Both the position numbers and the translations under genes were made by a program. A stretch of DNA of 64,000 nucleotides from positions 276,986 to 340,985 of the forward strand of contig JALOPZ010000001.1 of the NCBI GenBank assembly GCA_025453605.1, given 5' to 3'. Under the pieces are notes generated by a model. It saw nothing but the letters and a program-made list of their open reading frames with translations, was not told where the DNA came from and did not search any database. The DNA is from Candidatus Margulisiibacteriota bacterium (GTDB lineage Bacteria > Margulisbacteria > WOR-1 > O2-12-FULL-45-9 > XYB2-FULL-48-7). This document shows, piece after piece, positions 41,858 through 50,235 of this stretch (positions within the stretch are counted from its first letter, which is position 1; each line of letters begins with the position of its first letter).

Positions 41858-43314
41858 GCGATCTGCTGAAAATAAGACGGGAAAAACTGGAAGAGTTCCG
41901 GGCGGCCGGGATGGAGCCGTTCCCGCACCACTTTACGGCCGACGCGACCGCCGCCGGCATCCTGGCCAAATATCAGACGATCAAAGAGGGGGAAGAAAGC
42001 CCGGACGAGGTCGCGCTGGCCGGCCGGGTCGTTCTGAAGCGCGGCCACGGCAAGGCGGCGTTTGCCCACCTGCAGGATGAGAGCGGCAAGATCCAGATCT
42101 ACGGCAAACTCGACCTGCTCGGCGAAAAGCTGTTCGCCCTCTACCAGAAGCTTGACCTCGGCGACATCATCGGCGTCAAAGGGCACGTCTTTCGGACCAA
42201 AACAAGCGAGATCACCGTCCGGTTGTCGTCTTTTGTCCTGCTGAGCAAGTCGCTCCTCCCCCTGCCGGAAAAATGGCACGGTTTGTCCGACAAGGAGCTC
42301 CGCTACCGGGAACGCTACGTCGACCTGATCGTCAATCCCGAGGTCCGGGACGTCTTCGTGAAGCGGAGCCGGATCGTCTCTTTTATCCGTAAATTCCTGG
42401 AGAGCAAAGGGTTCCTGGAAGTCGAAACGCCGCTCCTCCACGTTCTGCAGGGAGGCGCGGCGGCCAAACCGTTCGAGACTTTCCACGACGCGCTCGACAT
42501 GCCGCTTTTTCTCCGGATCGCCCCGGAGCTCTACCTGAAACGGCTCCTGGTCGGCGGCTTTGAAAAAGTCTTTGAAATGGGGCGGGTCTTCCGGAATGAA
42601 GGGATGTCCTTCAAGCACAACCCCGAATACACGATGATCGAGATCTACCAGGCCTACGCCGATTATAACGACGTGATGCGGCTGACCGAAGAGCTGGTCG
42701 TCGCCGCGGCCCGGGAGGTCCTGGGGACGCTGGAGATCGAATTCCGCGGCGAGAAGATCAACCTCGCCCCACCCTGGCGCAAGATCACCCTGCTCGACGC
42801 GCTGAAAGAGAACGGGATCGACCTGAACGGCAAGGACGACAAGGCGATCCGCCAAATTGCCAAGGCCAAGGGGGTAGAAGGAGCCGAGGAGATCGGGATC
42901 GGCAAGATCATTAACGTCCTTTATGACAAATTTGTCGAAGGTAACCTCCGCCAGCCGACCTTTATCACTGACCACCCGCTGGAAACTTCTCCGCTGGCCA
43001 AAAAGCACCGGAGCAAACCGGGCCAGGTGGAGCGCTTTGAGCTGATCATCGCCGGCATGGAGCTGGCCAACGCTTTTTCCGAATTGAACGACCCGGTCGA
43101 CCAGCGGGAACGGCTGGCCAAACAAGCCGCCCTCAAAGCGGCCGGCGACCAGGAAGCGGAGTCGATGGACGAGGATTTCCTCCGCGCCCTGGAATACGGG
43201 ATGCCGCCGGCCGGCGGCCTCGGGATCGGCATCGACCGGCTCGTCATGATCCTGACCAACCAGCCGTCGATCCGCGACGTTCTCTTTTTCCCGCACATGA
43301 AGCCGCTGGCATGA
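41842..43314 (+). CDS. lysS: lysine--tRNA ligase (class II)
   Basis: OB-fold N-terminal domain. Class II motifs FRNEG, and ELANAFSELNDP...GMPPAGGLGIGIDRLVM. Confidence 0.95.
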   Translation: MSEELSDLLKIRREKLEEFRAAGMEPFPHHFTADATAAGILAKYQTIKEGEESPDEVALAGRVVLKRGHGKAAFAHLQDESGKIQIYGKLDLLGEKLFALYQKLDLGDIIGVKGHVFRTKTSEITVRLSSFVLLSKSLLPLPEKWHGLSDKELRYRERYVDLIVNPEVRDVFVKRSRIVSFIRKFLESKGFLEVETPLLHVLQGGAAAKPFETFHDALDMPLFLRIAPELYLKRLLVGGFEKVFEMGRVFRNEGMSFKHNPEYTMIEIYQAYADYNDVMRLTEELVVAAAREVLGTLEIEFRGEKINLAPPWRKITLLDALKENGIDLNGKDDKAIRQIAKAKGVEGAEEIGIGKIINVLYDKFVEGNLRQPTFITDHPLETSPLAKKHRSKPGQVERFELIIAGMELANAFSELNDPVDQRERLAKQAALKAAGDQEAESMDEDFLRALEYGMPPAGGLGIGIDRLVMILTNQPSIRDVLFFPHMKPLA

Positions 43315-44168
43315 AGGTCCCGGAACTTTTCCAAAAAGGCGAGCCGACCCTCTCTTTTGAGTTCTTCCCCCCCAAAACGCCGGAACAGGAAGAGCGGCTA
43401 TTCTCGACGCTAAAAGCGCTGCAGCGGTTCGACCCCGATTTTGTCTCCGTCACCTACGGGGCGATGGGGCGGTCGCGGGAGATGAGCTTTACCTGGGTCG
43501 ACCGGATCAAGCGCCAGTACGCGATCGAGCCGGTCGCCCACCTGACCTGCGTTAACGCCGGGCGGGATGATATCGCCCGCCAGCTCGATGAGTTTGACCG
43601 GCTCGGTGTGACTAATATTCTTGCCCTGCGCGGCGACCCGCCGGAGGGGGAAAAAGACTTTACCCCGCCGGCCGACGGTTTCAAGCTAGCCAAGGAGCTG
43701 GTCGCATTTATCAAACAGCGCAAACCGCATTTTACCGTCGGCGTCGCCGGTTTTCCGGAGGGGCATCCCCGGTCCGCCAGCCTGGATGCCGACGTCGATT
43801 ACCTGAAACAAAAGATCGCCGCCGGCGCCGAGTATGTTATTACCCAGCTATTTTTCGATAACCAGCATTATTTTGCTTTTCTCAAAAGGTGCCGGCAAGC
43901 CGGGATCACTGTCCCGATCGTCCCCGGCCTGATGCCGATCACCAATCTGGGGCAGATCAAAAAAATGACGGCGATGAGCGGGGCCAGCATCCCGCCCGAG
44001 CTGTTGGCGCGGCTGGAGAAAAACCCGATGGAGACGCTGAAAATTGGTGGCCAGCACACGGTCGCTCAGGCCCACGGCCTGCTGACCGCCGGCGTCCCCG
44101 GCCTCCATTTCTTTGTCCTCAACCAGGCCGAGCCGATCTCGACGATCCTCTCTCAACTTAACTCTTAA
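43311..44168 (+). CDS. metF: methylenetetrahydrofolate reductase
   Basis: LSFEFFPPKT, VTYGA, HLTC, ALRGDPP and ITQLFFD motifs. Confidence 0.9.
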   Translation: MKVPELFQKGEPTLSFEFFPPKTPEQEERLFSTLKALQRFDPDFVSVTYGAMGRSREMSFTWVDRIKRQYAIEPVAHLTCVNAGRDDIARQLDEFDRLGVTNILALRGDPPEGEKDFTPPADGFKLAKELVAFIKQRKPHFTVGVAGFPEGHPRSASLDADVDYLKQKIAAGAEYVITQLFFDNQHYFAFLKRCRQAGITVPIVPGLMPITNLGQIKKMTAMSGASIPPELLARLEKNPMETLKIGGQHTVAQAHGLLTAGVPGLHFFVLNQAEPISTILSQLNS

Positions 44169-44175
44169 CTTTCCT

Positions 44176-44202
44176 GAAATTTTGCCCCGTATTTGACGAT
44201 AT
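44176..44202 (+). promoter_or_regulatory. sigma-28-type promoter motif GAAA-N15-GACGATAT
   Basis: GAAAttttgccccgtatttGACGATATattatagagaaatcATG. Nearly identical in its spacer and flanks to the copy at 50123. Confidence 0.4.
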
Positions 44203-44216
44203 ATTATAGAGAAATC

Positions 44217-46253
44217 ATGGCATTAGTCAGGCCGATCGAAAATAAGCCCCGCTGGCGGCAGTTATTCAAAACCGTCCTCGGTAATGTCATCACCTGGAAA
44301 AACCTCCTCCGCCAGCGTCCGGTAAACCACCTCGAACAAAAGATCATCAATCGGCTGGAAACGGTCGAGCACGCCCTGGTCGAGGGAAAAAGACCGACCC
44401 GGGAGCAGCTTGAGCGGCTCGAAGAAGAGCTGGTAACATACGAACAAAAACGTTCCCTGAGCCGAGCGGAAAAACAGCTGCTCGCGGAGATCAAGGCCGA
44501 GCTGACCGAACTGAAAGAGGTCCAGGCGCCCGTTGTCCCGCTGACGCCGACCGCCAACCAAGCAACCGTCGTCAACCATCCGTTCACCGGCGATCGTCCG
44601 TCGGTCGAGGTTAAACCGGCGGCCGGATTCGAAACCCGTCCTTTCCGCCTGGACAGCCTGATCCGCTTTGACCACCTGATCGGCCGGCAGATCAACCTGG
44701 AGACGCTGCTGCGCGCGCTCAATATCCGGGTTGAATTTCGGGGCAGCGATCGGATCGCCGAACTGGTCTCTCGTCTTATTCTCCGGACCATGGTCGACCG
44801 GCTGGTCCGCGAAATGGCCCGCGTCAGCGAACGCGGCGGGGAGCTGACCGAGCGGGAAATAGAATCGCTGATCCGCACGTTGAACCAGCAGTCGGCAGAG
44901 AGGCTAACGGCAGAACCGGCCAAACCGGCGCCGATCGAAAGCGAACTGACCTATGATCGGACGGAAAAGGCGATCCGCCTGGAGATCAAAGGAGCGGCCG
45001 ATCAAACGGAGGCAAAAGCGGTGCTCCGGGAACTGGCCAAGCCCGACCTGCCGTCGTTTTTGGCCGCTGCCGTTCCGCTCCTGGCCGAATTACCGGATAC
45101 CGTCGCGACGATATCCCAGGTTGTCGCCAGTCTCCCCATCAACGAGCCGGTCCTGGTCAAGTCGGTCACGCAGCTGCTGACCAAAGGCGCCGCACCAGCG
45201 GCCCGCGCGGTCGCCAGCGCCCTGGCCCAGCAATTGCCGCCGGCCGTTGCTCTCCCTCTCCTGCTGCAAACTCACGCTCAGGCGCTGACCGCCGGTAACC
45301 AGCCGGTCGCCCGCGCGGCGGAGCAAACCCTGATCGAATACGCCAGGACCACTGTCGGCCAGCAGGCGGTCGTTACCGCCTTTGTTGAGGTCAAATCCCG
45401 GCCGCTGACCACCTCGGCCATCGGCCAAAAAGCGCTCTTGGCCGCGGTGACAGCTGTCCCGACTGAAGTCCGGGCAACTGCGCCCGGCACCGCCCAGTCT
45501 ACCGTCGAGAAAGTGCTTAACCATGTGCGGGAGATCGTCAAGGCTAATCCGGCGCAACTGGCGCCGGCCGCTCTGACCGCCGAAAAAGCGATCGCGCTGA
45601 TCGAACTGGCCGTCAGGCTCGAACGGTCACCCGCCGTCATTGCCCGTCAGGAAAAAGCCGCCCCTCCCCGCCGGCGCGTCAGTTCTCTGCCGCAGCCAAA
45701 GGTCGGGATCGTCAATTCTCTGGCCCGGCGCGCCGTGAACCGGAACCCGGTCATCCAGAACCGAGTAGCTGTCGCCCAGCGCGAGCTCAAGGGGGTCATG
45801 AGGGCAGCTGAAGCGGCTAACCTGGTCCTCCCCAAGAGCGTGATCGAACACCTCTGTTCCGGCCTGGCCGGGATCAATCTCGCTCCGCTCCTGAACCAAC
45901 CGTCGGTGGGCGGGCAGTTTCAGTCACCGACAGAATCTCGTTCCGCCAGTTCGCTGCGCCACGTAGTCCGCGCTTTGGAAGCGCAGGCGGCGCGGGCGAT
46001 CAGCAGCAAGGACCCGATCGCCCTGACCCGGGTTTTTACCCTCTCCGCCCAGGTCATGCTCTACGGCATCATTATGCGGCTGGTCGGCGGCAAGCTGAGC
46101 CGGGTCGATCAGGTGATCGAACTCCTCAGACAGAAGAAGGAACTTGCCCGGATCGTCGCCAAGATCAGGCAGGGCGATATTCATGATGCCACCGAGGAGC
46201 TGTACGACGCCGTCCACGCCACGACCGCCTACTCCGAGCTGCTTGCTGCTTAA
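44217..46253 (+). CDS. hypothetical protein (678 aa), Ala/Leu/Glu/Arg-rich, helical, no signal peptide
   Basis: Long clean ORF with ATG 44217 14 nt after the promoter motif. No recognisable domain. Confidence 0.6.
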   Translation: MALVRPIENKPRWRQLFKTVLGNVITWKNLLRQRPVNHLEQKIINRLETVEHALVEGKRPTREQLERLEEELVTYEQKRSLSRAEKQLLAEIKAELTELKEVQAPVVPLTPTANQATVVNHPFTGDRPSVEVKPAAGFETRPFRLDSLIRFDHLIGRQINLETLLRALNIRVEFRGSDRIAELVSRLILRTMVDRLVREMARVSERGGELTEREIESLIRTLNQQSAERLTAEPAKPAPIESELTYDRTEKAIRLEIKGAADQTEAKAVLRELAKPDLPSFLAAAVPLLAELPDTVATISQVVASLPINEPVLVKSVTQLLTKGAAPAARAVASALAQQLPPAVALPLLLQTHAQALTAGNQPVARAAEQTLIEYARTTVGQQAVVTAFVEVKSRPLTTSAIGQKALLAAVTAVPTEVRATAPGTAQSTVEKVLNHVREIVKANPAQLAPAALTAEKAIALIELAVRLERSPAVIARQEKAAPPRRRVSSLPQPKVGIVNSLARRAVNRNPVIQNRVAVAQRELKGVMRAAEAANLVLPKSVIEHLCSGLAGINLAPLLNQPSVGGQFQSPTESRSASSLRHVVRALEAQAARAISSKDPIALTRVFTLSAQVMLYGIIMRLVGGKLSRVDQVIELLRQKKELARIVAKIRQGDIHDATEELYDAVHATTAYSELLAA

Positions 46254-46344
46254 GCCGGCACTGTCGAAAAACGCTACACTATTTCCCTTCCCCACGCTCA
46301 ACTAACCCTGGTAATAAGATTGCTGGTACCAGGATATGCATTTG

Positions 46345-46930
46345 TCGCTAATTTTCACGAATTTGCTGGCATCTCTAATTACACCAATAAATGAGATCGC
46401 GAATCTGCTAATTACGCAGATAATCGCGAATTTTCAAAGGAGGAGGAGCGCATGGCTGATTTGATCTATCCTGAGCTGAGTTATCGGCTGATCGGGATAC
46501 TTTACGCCGTTTATAACAGGCTTGGTGGAGGTTACCAGGAAAAGTACTACCAGCAAGCCGTGCGGCATGAGCTGCTAACTGCCGGCATCCCTTTTCTGGA
46601 ACAGGTTAAGTGCAACCTCTTTTACCAGGGTAAGCCATTAGGCCGCTACTATCTGGATTTTATCGTTGACCATACGATCGTCGTCGAGCTAAAAGCTGCG
46701 TCGTCTTTCTCAAAAAGGGACATCATGCAGGTCCTTAACTATCTGAAGCAGAGTAATCTGGAACTTGGGATTCTCGCCAGCTTTAGCCGCAACTCTATTT
46801 TCTATAAACGTATTTTAAGGGGCAGATCGCCTTATCCGGATTAGCGTATTTTTCGCGATCATTAGCGTAATTAGAGGTCATTCCCTTCGCGTAATTCGTG
46901 AGAGGACAAATTAGTGAAAATTAGTGTTGC
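46345..46930. mobile_element. low-GC ~590-bp cassette: GxxExxY gene flanked by ~90-nt imperfect inverted repeats
   Basis: The left arm (GCTAATTTTCACGAATTTG, CTCTAATTAC, GATCGCGAA) matches the reverse complement of the right arm (CACTAATTTTCACTAATTTG, CTCTAATTAC, GATCGCGAA). The AT-rich character contrasts with the flanks. Confidence 0.35.
46452..46844 (+). CDS. GxxExxY family protein (PD-(D/E)XK-like fold)
   Basis: GGGYQEKYY (GxxExxY), then DFIVDHTIVVELK core. 130 aa. Strong SD AAGGAGGAGGAG. Confidence 0.75.
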   Translation: MADLIYPELSYRLIGILYAVYNRLGGGYQEKYYQQAVRHELLTAGIPFLEQVKCNLFYQGKPLGRYYLDFIVDHTIVVELKAASSFSKRDIMQVLNYLKQSNLELGILASFSRNSIFYKRILRGRSPYPD

Positions 46931-46951
46931 ATTTAATCGGCCTCCTCAGCG

Positions 46952-46978
46952 CAAGTTTATAGCCACTTCCTCCGATAT
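46952..46978 (+). promoter_or_regulatory. sigma-28-type promoter motif CAAG-N15-TCCGATAT
   Basis: CAAGtttatagccacttccTCCGATATgtaagtGGAGGGaaaccATG. Confidence 0.4.
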
Positions 46979-46995
46979 GTAAGTGGAGGGAAACC

Positions 46996-47187
46996 ATGAG
47001 CGTTAATAAAGCTGATTCAACGATGGGAAAAGGCGGTCTCGAATTTTACCAGAAGATGGACGCCAGCGGCGCGGGTAAGGATTTTACCAGTAAGATGACC
47101 AAAGAGCTGCTGCAAACTCACGCCAACGCGCGCTACCAGCAGTCGATGGCCGCCCAGAAGAACCTGGCGAACAGTTACAAGGTGTAA
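46996..47187 (+). CDS. small hypothetical protein (63 aa)
   Basis: Has its own SD (GGAGGG) and promoter motif. Hydrophilic, helical C-terminus. No family recognised. Confidence 0.45.
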   Translation: MSVNKADSTMGKGGLEFYQKMDASGAGKDFTSKMTKELLQTHANARYQQSMAAQKNLANSYKV

Positions 47188-47206
47188 ATTTATCTTGTTC
47201 CGGATG

Positions 47207-47233
47207 CAAGTTTTCTGACCCTGGATCCGATAA
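47207..47233 (+). promoter_or_regulatory. sigma-28-type promoter motif CAAG-N15-TCCGATAA
   Basis: CAAGttttctgaccctggaTCCGATAAtatag. Confidence 0.4.
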
Positions 47234-47245
47234 TATAGATGGAAA

Positions 47246-47301
47246 CCCGGCTTGCCTGTAGTCGGGGATCTTGAACCAAGACCGAACAGGCTTGGTTTTT
47301 T
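47246..47301 (+). promoter_or_regulatory. leader element: hairpin CCCGGC[TTGCCTGTA]GTCGGG plus intrinsic terminator AACCAAG-N10-CTTGGTTTTTT
   Basis: Stems read directly (47246-47266 and 47274-47301). Located between the promoter motif and ATG 47324. Paralogous to 50162-50221. Confidence 0.5.
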
Positions 47302-47323
47302 GCTTATATAGGGGGATATTTAG

Positions 47324-50062
47324 ATGGCCGATGGACCGAAAATAGACGGATATTATAAAGGGAGCAAGCTGATCAAAAACCAGCCGCCGGCTGGTTTTGA
47401 AGGCATCGCCCATCAGTCTGACGGGAAATGCATTGATTTGGGCAAAGATAAGGCGGAAGTCAGTTGCTCAGCCAAGAGCGCTAAAGCAAGCAAAAAAGAC
47501 GCCCCCAGCAAAGCCCAGGACGCAACCGCCAAAGAGATCGTCAAAGATCTGACCGCTCTGGGCAAAAAATATAATATGCCTGTTTACGCCGTCGGTGAGA
47601 ACAGGGTCAATCTCCTGACCCAGAAAACCAAAGAGCAGATCAAGATCGTCGCCAATTATACTGTTAACAATCCGGAGCTGAACGCCGGTGTGGTCGGTTC
47701 GTTCAACGCGAAATTAACCCGGGCCTTAGAGAGCTGCGGCCACCTCGTCAACGTTGATAAAGTTCAGGCCCTGCTGGCCAAGGGCTTGACCCTGGCCGAC
47801 ATCACCAAGCTGGAAGGGAAAGAAGGCTTTGCCCTGATCGAAGCCCTGATCAACCTGCTGGCCGACAAAACGGAAGCAAAGGATTATTACACCACCGCCG
47901 GGCTGCACGAAAAACTCAGCCTGCTGCTGACCGATCCCGGCGCCGACACCGCCGAGCTCAAAGCCCTCAAGGGTCAGCTGGCCGCGGCGCTCAAGGAAGG
48001 CCCCGAAAATAAGGCCTATCAGGCGACCCTGAAAATGGCGGAAGAGACGATCGGTGTCCACGAGGCCCCGCCCCCTTCGTCCCCGGCAGTGAGCGAACCG
48101 GTTAACACCGATGTTATATCCGATCAGGTGTTAGTCGCCCGGCTGAACATCAATCTGGCCAAGGGGGTCAACGCCAGCCAGATCAGGCTCGACCAGCGGA
48201 ACAGCCGCTACAACGAGGGATTATTTGCCGCGATCGACAACCAGATGCTGGCCAACGGGACGAACGGCGACGGCGTCATCGTCATCGGCGAGCTCCGCCG
48301 GTTCTACGAGACGGTCCAATGGTTCGCCCAGCAGACCGGCCTCTCCTTTGAACAGGCGCTGGAACGCTATCAGACGGAGTCGCTGACCAACGTCAATCGG
48401 GCCGAAGTCGAAGGAGCGGTCAGCCAGCTCAAGACGATGATCGCCGCCAATCTGGGGGGCGCGCCGCTGAACAGCCTGACCTTGCCGGGGGTGCTGAAAA
48501 AATGCGGCCTGGCCGATTTCATGATCGGGTCGGTCGTCGTTCCGTTCGCCAACACCACCCGGGAGATCGACCCGGCCAAAGTGATCCAGGCGATCATGCT
48601 CCGCGTTTTCGCCGCCCGCTCGGGGAGCGCCGACCAGATCGCCCATTGGGGCCTCCCTAAAGATAAGACAATGCCTAATACCATCCCACTCGACGCCGAG
48701 CTTAACAAGAACAACATCCTCGCCTACGCCTGCGGCCAAGATATCCAGGGGGGGAAAGCGGTTGGAAGCGCCGCGTCGGGCGATCCGATCAGACAACACC
48801 AGGACGAAGATGACTTTAAGGCCATCTTCAAAGCGAGCAACAAGGGGCAAAAGAGCGACCTCGCCGACCGGTACATCAGCAAATTCATGCAAGCCGGTGA
48901 CCCGGAGAAAGCCGAATATTTCGCGCGCTACTTTGACAACCCCGCCTCGGGCTCTCACCATATTAAACAGTACCGCGGGCTCAAACGGTATGCCGGAGAA
49001 ATAGGGAAGAAATACGCGGAACAGACGGCATATCAAAAAGCCTTCGACATTTATAAAGAACTGACCGACGAACCGAAGAAATGGGGGCTACTGGCTCAAC
49101 TGGCGCAAAAGAGCGTCTCGGCCGGCAAGAGCCAGGCGGAGAGAGATATCGCGTCGGCGATCATTCAATATCTTGAAGCGAAGAGCGTTACTACCGTCCC
49201 CTGGCAAAACGCGCAGGGGGGCGAAACCGAGACGCCGCTCGGTCAGGTCAAGGCGTTGGTCACCGACCTCATCGCCAAAGACCACCGGATCGCGACCTAC
49301 GAAGCAAACCTGCTCCGCGTCGGTAACAGCGAACAGTATGGTCTGCAGAACATCGGCGAAATGATCAAGCTGCTGACCGGCCAGGAAGAGGCGGCGCGCC
49401 GGGCGGTTGTCGAGCTTAACGGGGTGATCAAGGAAACCAAAAACCCTTATGATCAAGCCTACGCCCTGTATGTGAAGGGGGCCCTCCTCTACGCGATCGC
49501 CCAGGAGCACACCCCCACCAGTCAGGTCAAGTTCGGGGAAAAAACGGTTTCCGGTCAGGCTTTGTACAAGGAGGCAATGACCGCTCTGAAGCGTTCGTGG
49601 GACATCGCTATTAACCAGCGGGACGACGCTAAATATCGGACCCTGCTCGAGCGTTCGTTCCAGACGATGATCTACATTACCGACGGGATCAAGCACGGCC
49701 GGTATCTTGCCAAGGAACAAGACAAAAAGAAGGCTGCCCAGGAGCTAGCCGGTATAATGCCCTCCTACGGAAAAGACGGGGAAAAAGATATTCAGGCCAG
49801 ATATTATGACGCCAAGGTCAAGGCTGGTCTCTCCCTTACTCCGGCCGCTTATCGTAAAACGCTCAGTGCAGAGAAGAAGGAGACGAATTACACCCCGGTG
49901 CTGGATGACGCGGTCAAGGCGGCAACTACGTTGCCAGCGGCCAAACCGACACCCAGGAGGGCAGAAGGGGACAAAGTTATAGCGAGTTCAGCCAAACCCG
50001 TTGGCGAAAAAAAGAGCAAGGGGCCAAGCGGGGAAGATGATCTGGCCAAGGCAATGAATTAA
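47324..50062 (+). CDS. hypothetical protein (912 aa), helical, no signal peptide
   Basis: Long clean ORF with SD GGGGGA 7 nt upstream. Lys/Ala-rich low-complexity termini. No recognisable catalytic motif. Confidence 0.65.
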   Translation: MADGPKIDGYYKGSKLIKNQPPAGFEGIAHQSDGKCIDLGKDKAEVSCSAKSAKASKKDAPSKAQDATAKEIVKDLTALGKKYNMPVYAVGENRVNLLTQKTKEQIKIVANYTVNNPELNAGVVGSFNAKLTRALESCGHLVNVDKVQALLAKGLTLADITKLEGKEGFALIEALINLLADKTEAKDYYTTAGLHEKLSLLLTDPGADTAELKALKGQLAAALKEGPENKAYQATLKMAEETIGVHEAPPPSSPAVSEPVNTDVISDQVLVARLNINLAKGVNASQIRLDQRNSRYNEGLFAAIDNQMLANGTNGDGVIVIGELRRFYETVQWFAQQTGLSFEQALERYQTESLTNVNRAEVEGAVSQLKTMIAANLGGAPLNSLTLPGVLKKCGLADFMIGSVVVPFANTTREIDPAKVIQAIMLRVFAARSGSADQIAHWGLPKDKTMPNTIPLDAELNKNNILAYACGQDIQGGKAVGSAASGDPIRQHQDEDDFKAIFKASNKGQKSDLADRYISKFMQAGDPEKAEYFARYFDNPASGSHHIKQYRGLKRYAGEIGKKYAEQTAYQKAFDIYKELTDEPKKWGLLAQLAQKSVSAGKSQAERDIASAIIQYLEAKSVTTVPWQNAQGGETETPLGQVKALVTDLIAKDHRIATYEANLLRVGNSEQYGLQNIGEMIKLLTGQEEAARRAVVELNGVIKETKNPYDQAYALYVKGALLYAIAQEHTPTSQVKFGEKTVSGQALYKEAMTALKRSWDIAINQRDDAKYRTLLERSFQTMIYITDGIKHGRYLAKEQDKKKAAQELAGIMPSYGKDGEKDIQARYYDAKVKAGLSLTPAAYRKTLSAEKKETNYTPVLDDAVKAATTLPAAKPTPRRAEGDKVIASSAKPVGEKKSKGPSGEDDLAKAMN

Positions 50063-50122
50063 TAGCCCCCAAGCTACCGTATTTTTGCCGTTTTTATAAC
50101 AATTATTAGCCTCTCATCCATG

Positions 50123-50149
50123 CAAGTTTTGCCCCCGTCATTTCGATAT
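50123..50149 (+). promoter_or_regulatory. sigma-28-type promoter motif CAAG-N15-TTCGATAT
   Basis: CAAGttttgcccccgtcatTTCGATATatatag. Confidence 0.4.
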
Positions 50150-50161
50150 ATATAGTGAAGC

Positions 50162-50221
50162 GGAATTACGGTTGCCTGTACCGGAATTCGGCGTATGAAC
50201 CCACTTAACAGGTGGGTTTTT
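50162..50221 (+). promoter_or_regulatory. leader element: hairpin GGAATTACGG[TTGCCTGTA]CCGGAATTC plus intrinsic terminator AACCCAC-N7-GTGGGTTTTT
   Basis: Stems read directly (50162-50189 and 50198-50221). Located between the promoter motif and ATG 50236. Confidence 0.5.
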
Positions 50222-50235
50222 GTTTAAGGAACAAA

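Noticed and set aside
41854-43296. 480-aa ORF antisense to lysS
   Set aside because: It lies wholly inside a confidently identified lysS gene. Its Arg/Gly/Pro/Asp-rich low-complexity translation is typical of stop-free antisense frames in GC-rich DNA. There is no SD or promoter.
46345-46930. The GxxExxY cassette as an insertion sequence
   Set aside because: There is no transposase or integrase and no obvious target-site duplication. It is kept only as a possible non-autonomous or relic element.
47238-47301. The leader as a known riboswitch or as CsrA sites
   Set aside because: At ~60 nt it is too short for the riboswitch classes I know, and I recognise no conserved riboswitch core. GGA motifs exist, but mostly in stems rather than loops, so CsrA-type control is not supported. 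It is reported as an unclassified attenuator-like element.
48248-48300. EF-hand/dockerin-like calcium loop (ANGTNGDGVIVIGEL) in the 912-aa protein
   Set aside because: It matches only part of the DxDxDGxIxxxE pattern, since position 1 is not acidic. It occurs once. This is insufficient to call a domain.
50212-50235. GTG 50212 as the start of the giant gene (ORF-track start)
   Set aside because: The GTG lies in the 3' half of the terminator stem (GTGGGTT). ATG 50236 has an AAGGA SD at proper spacing.
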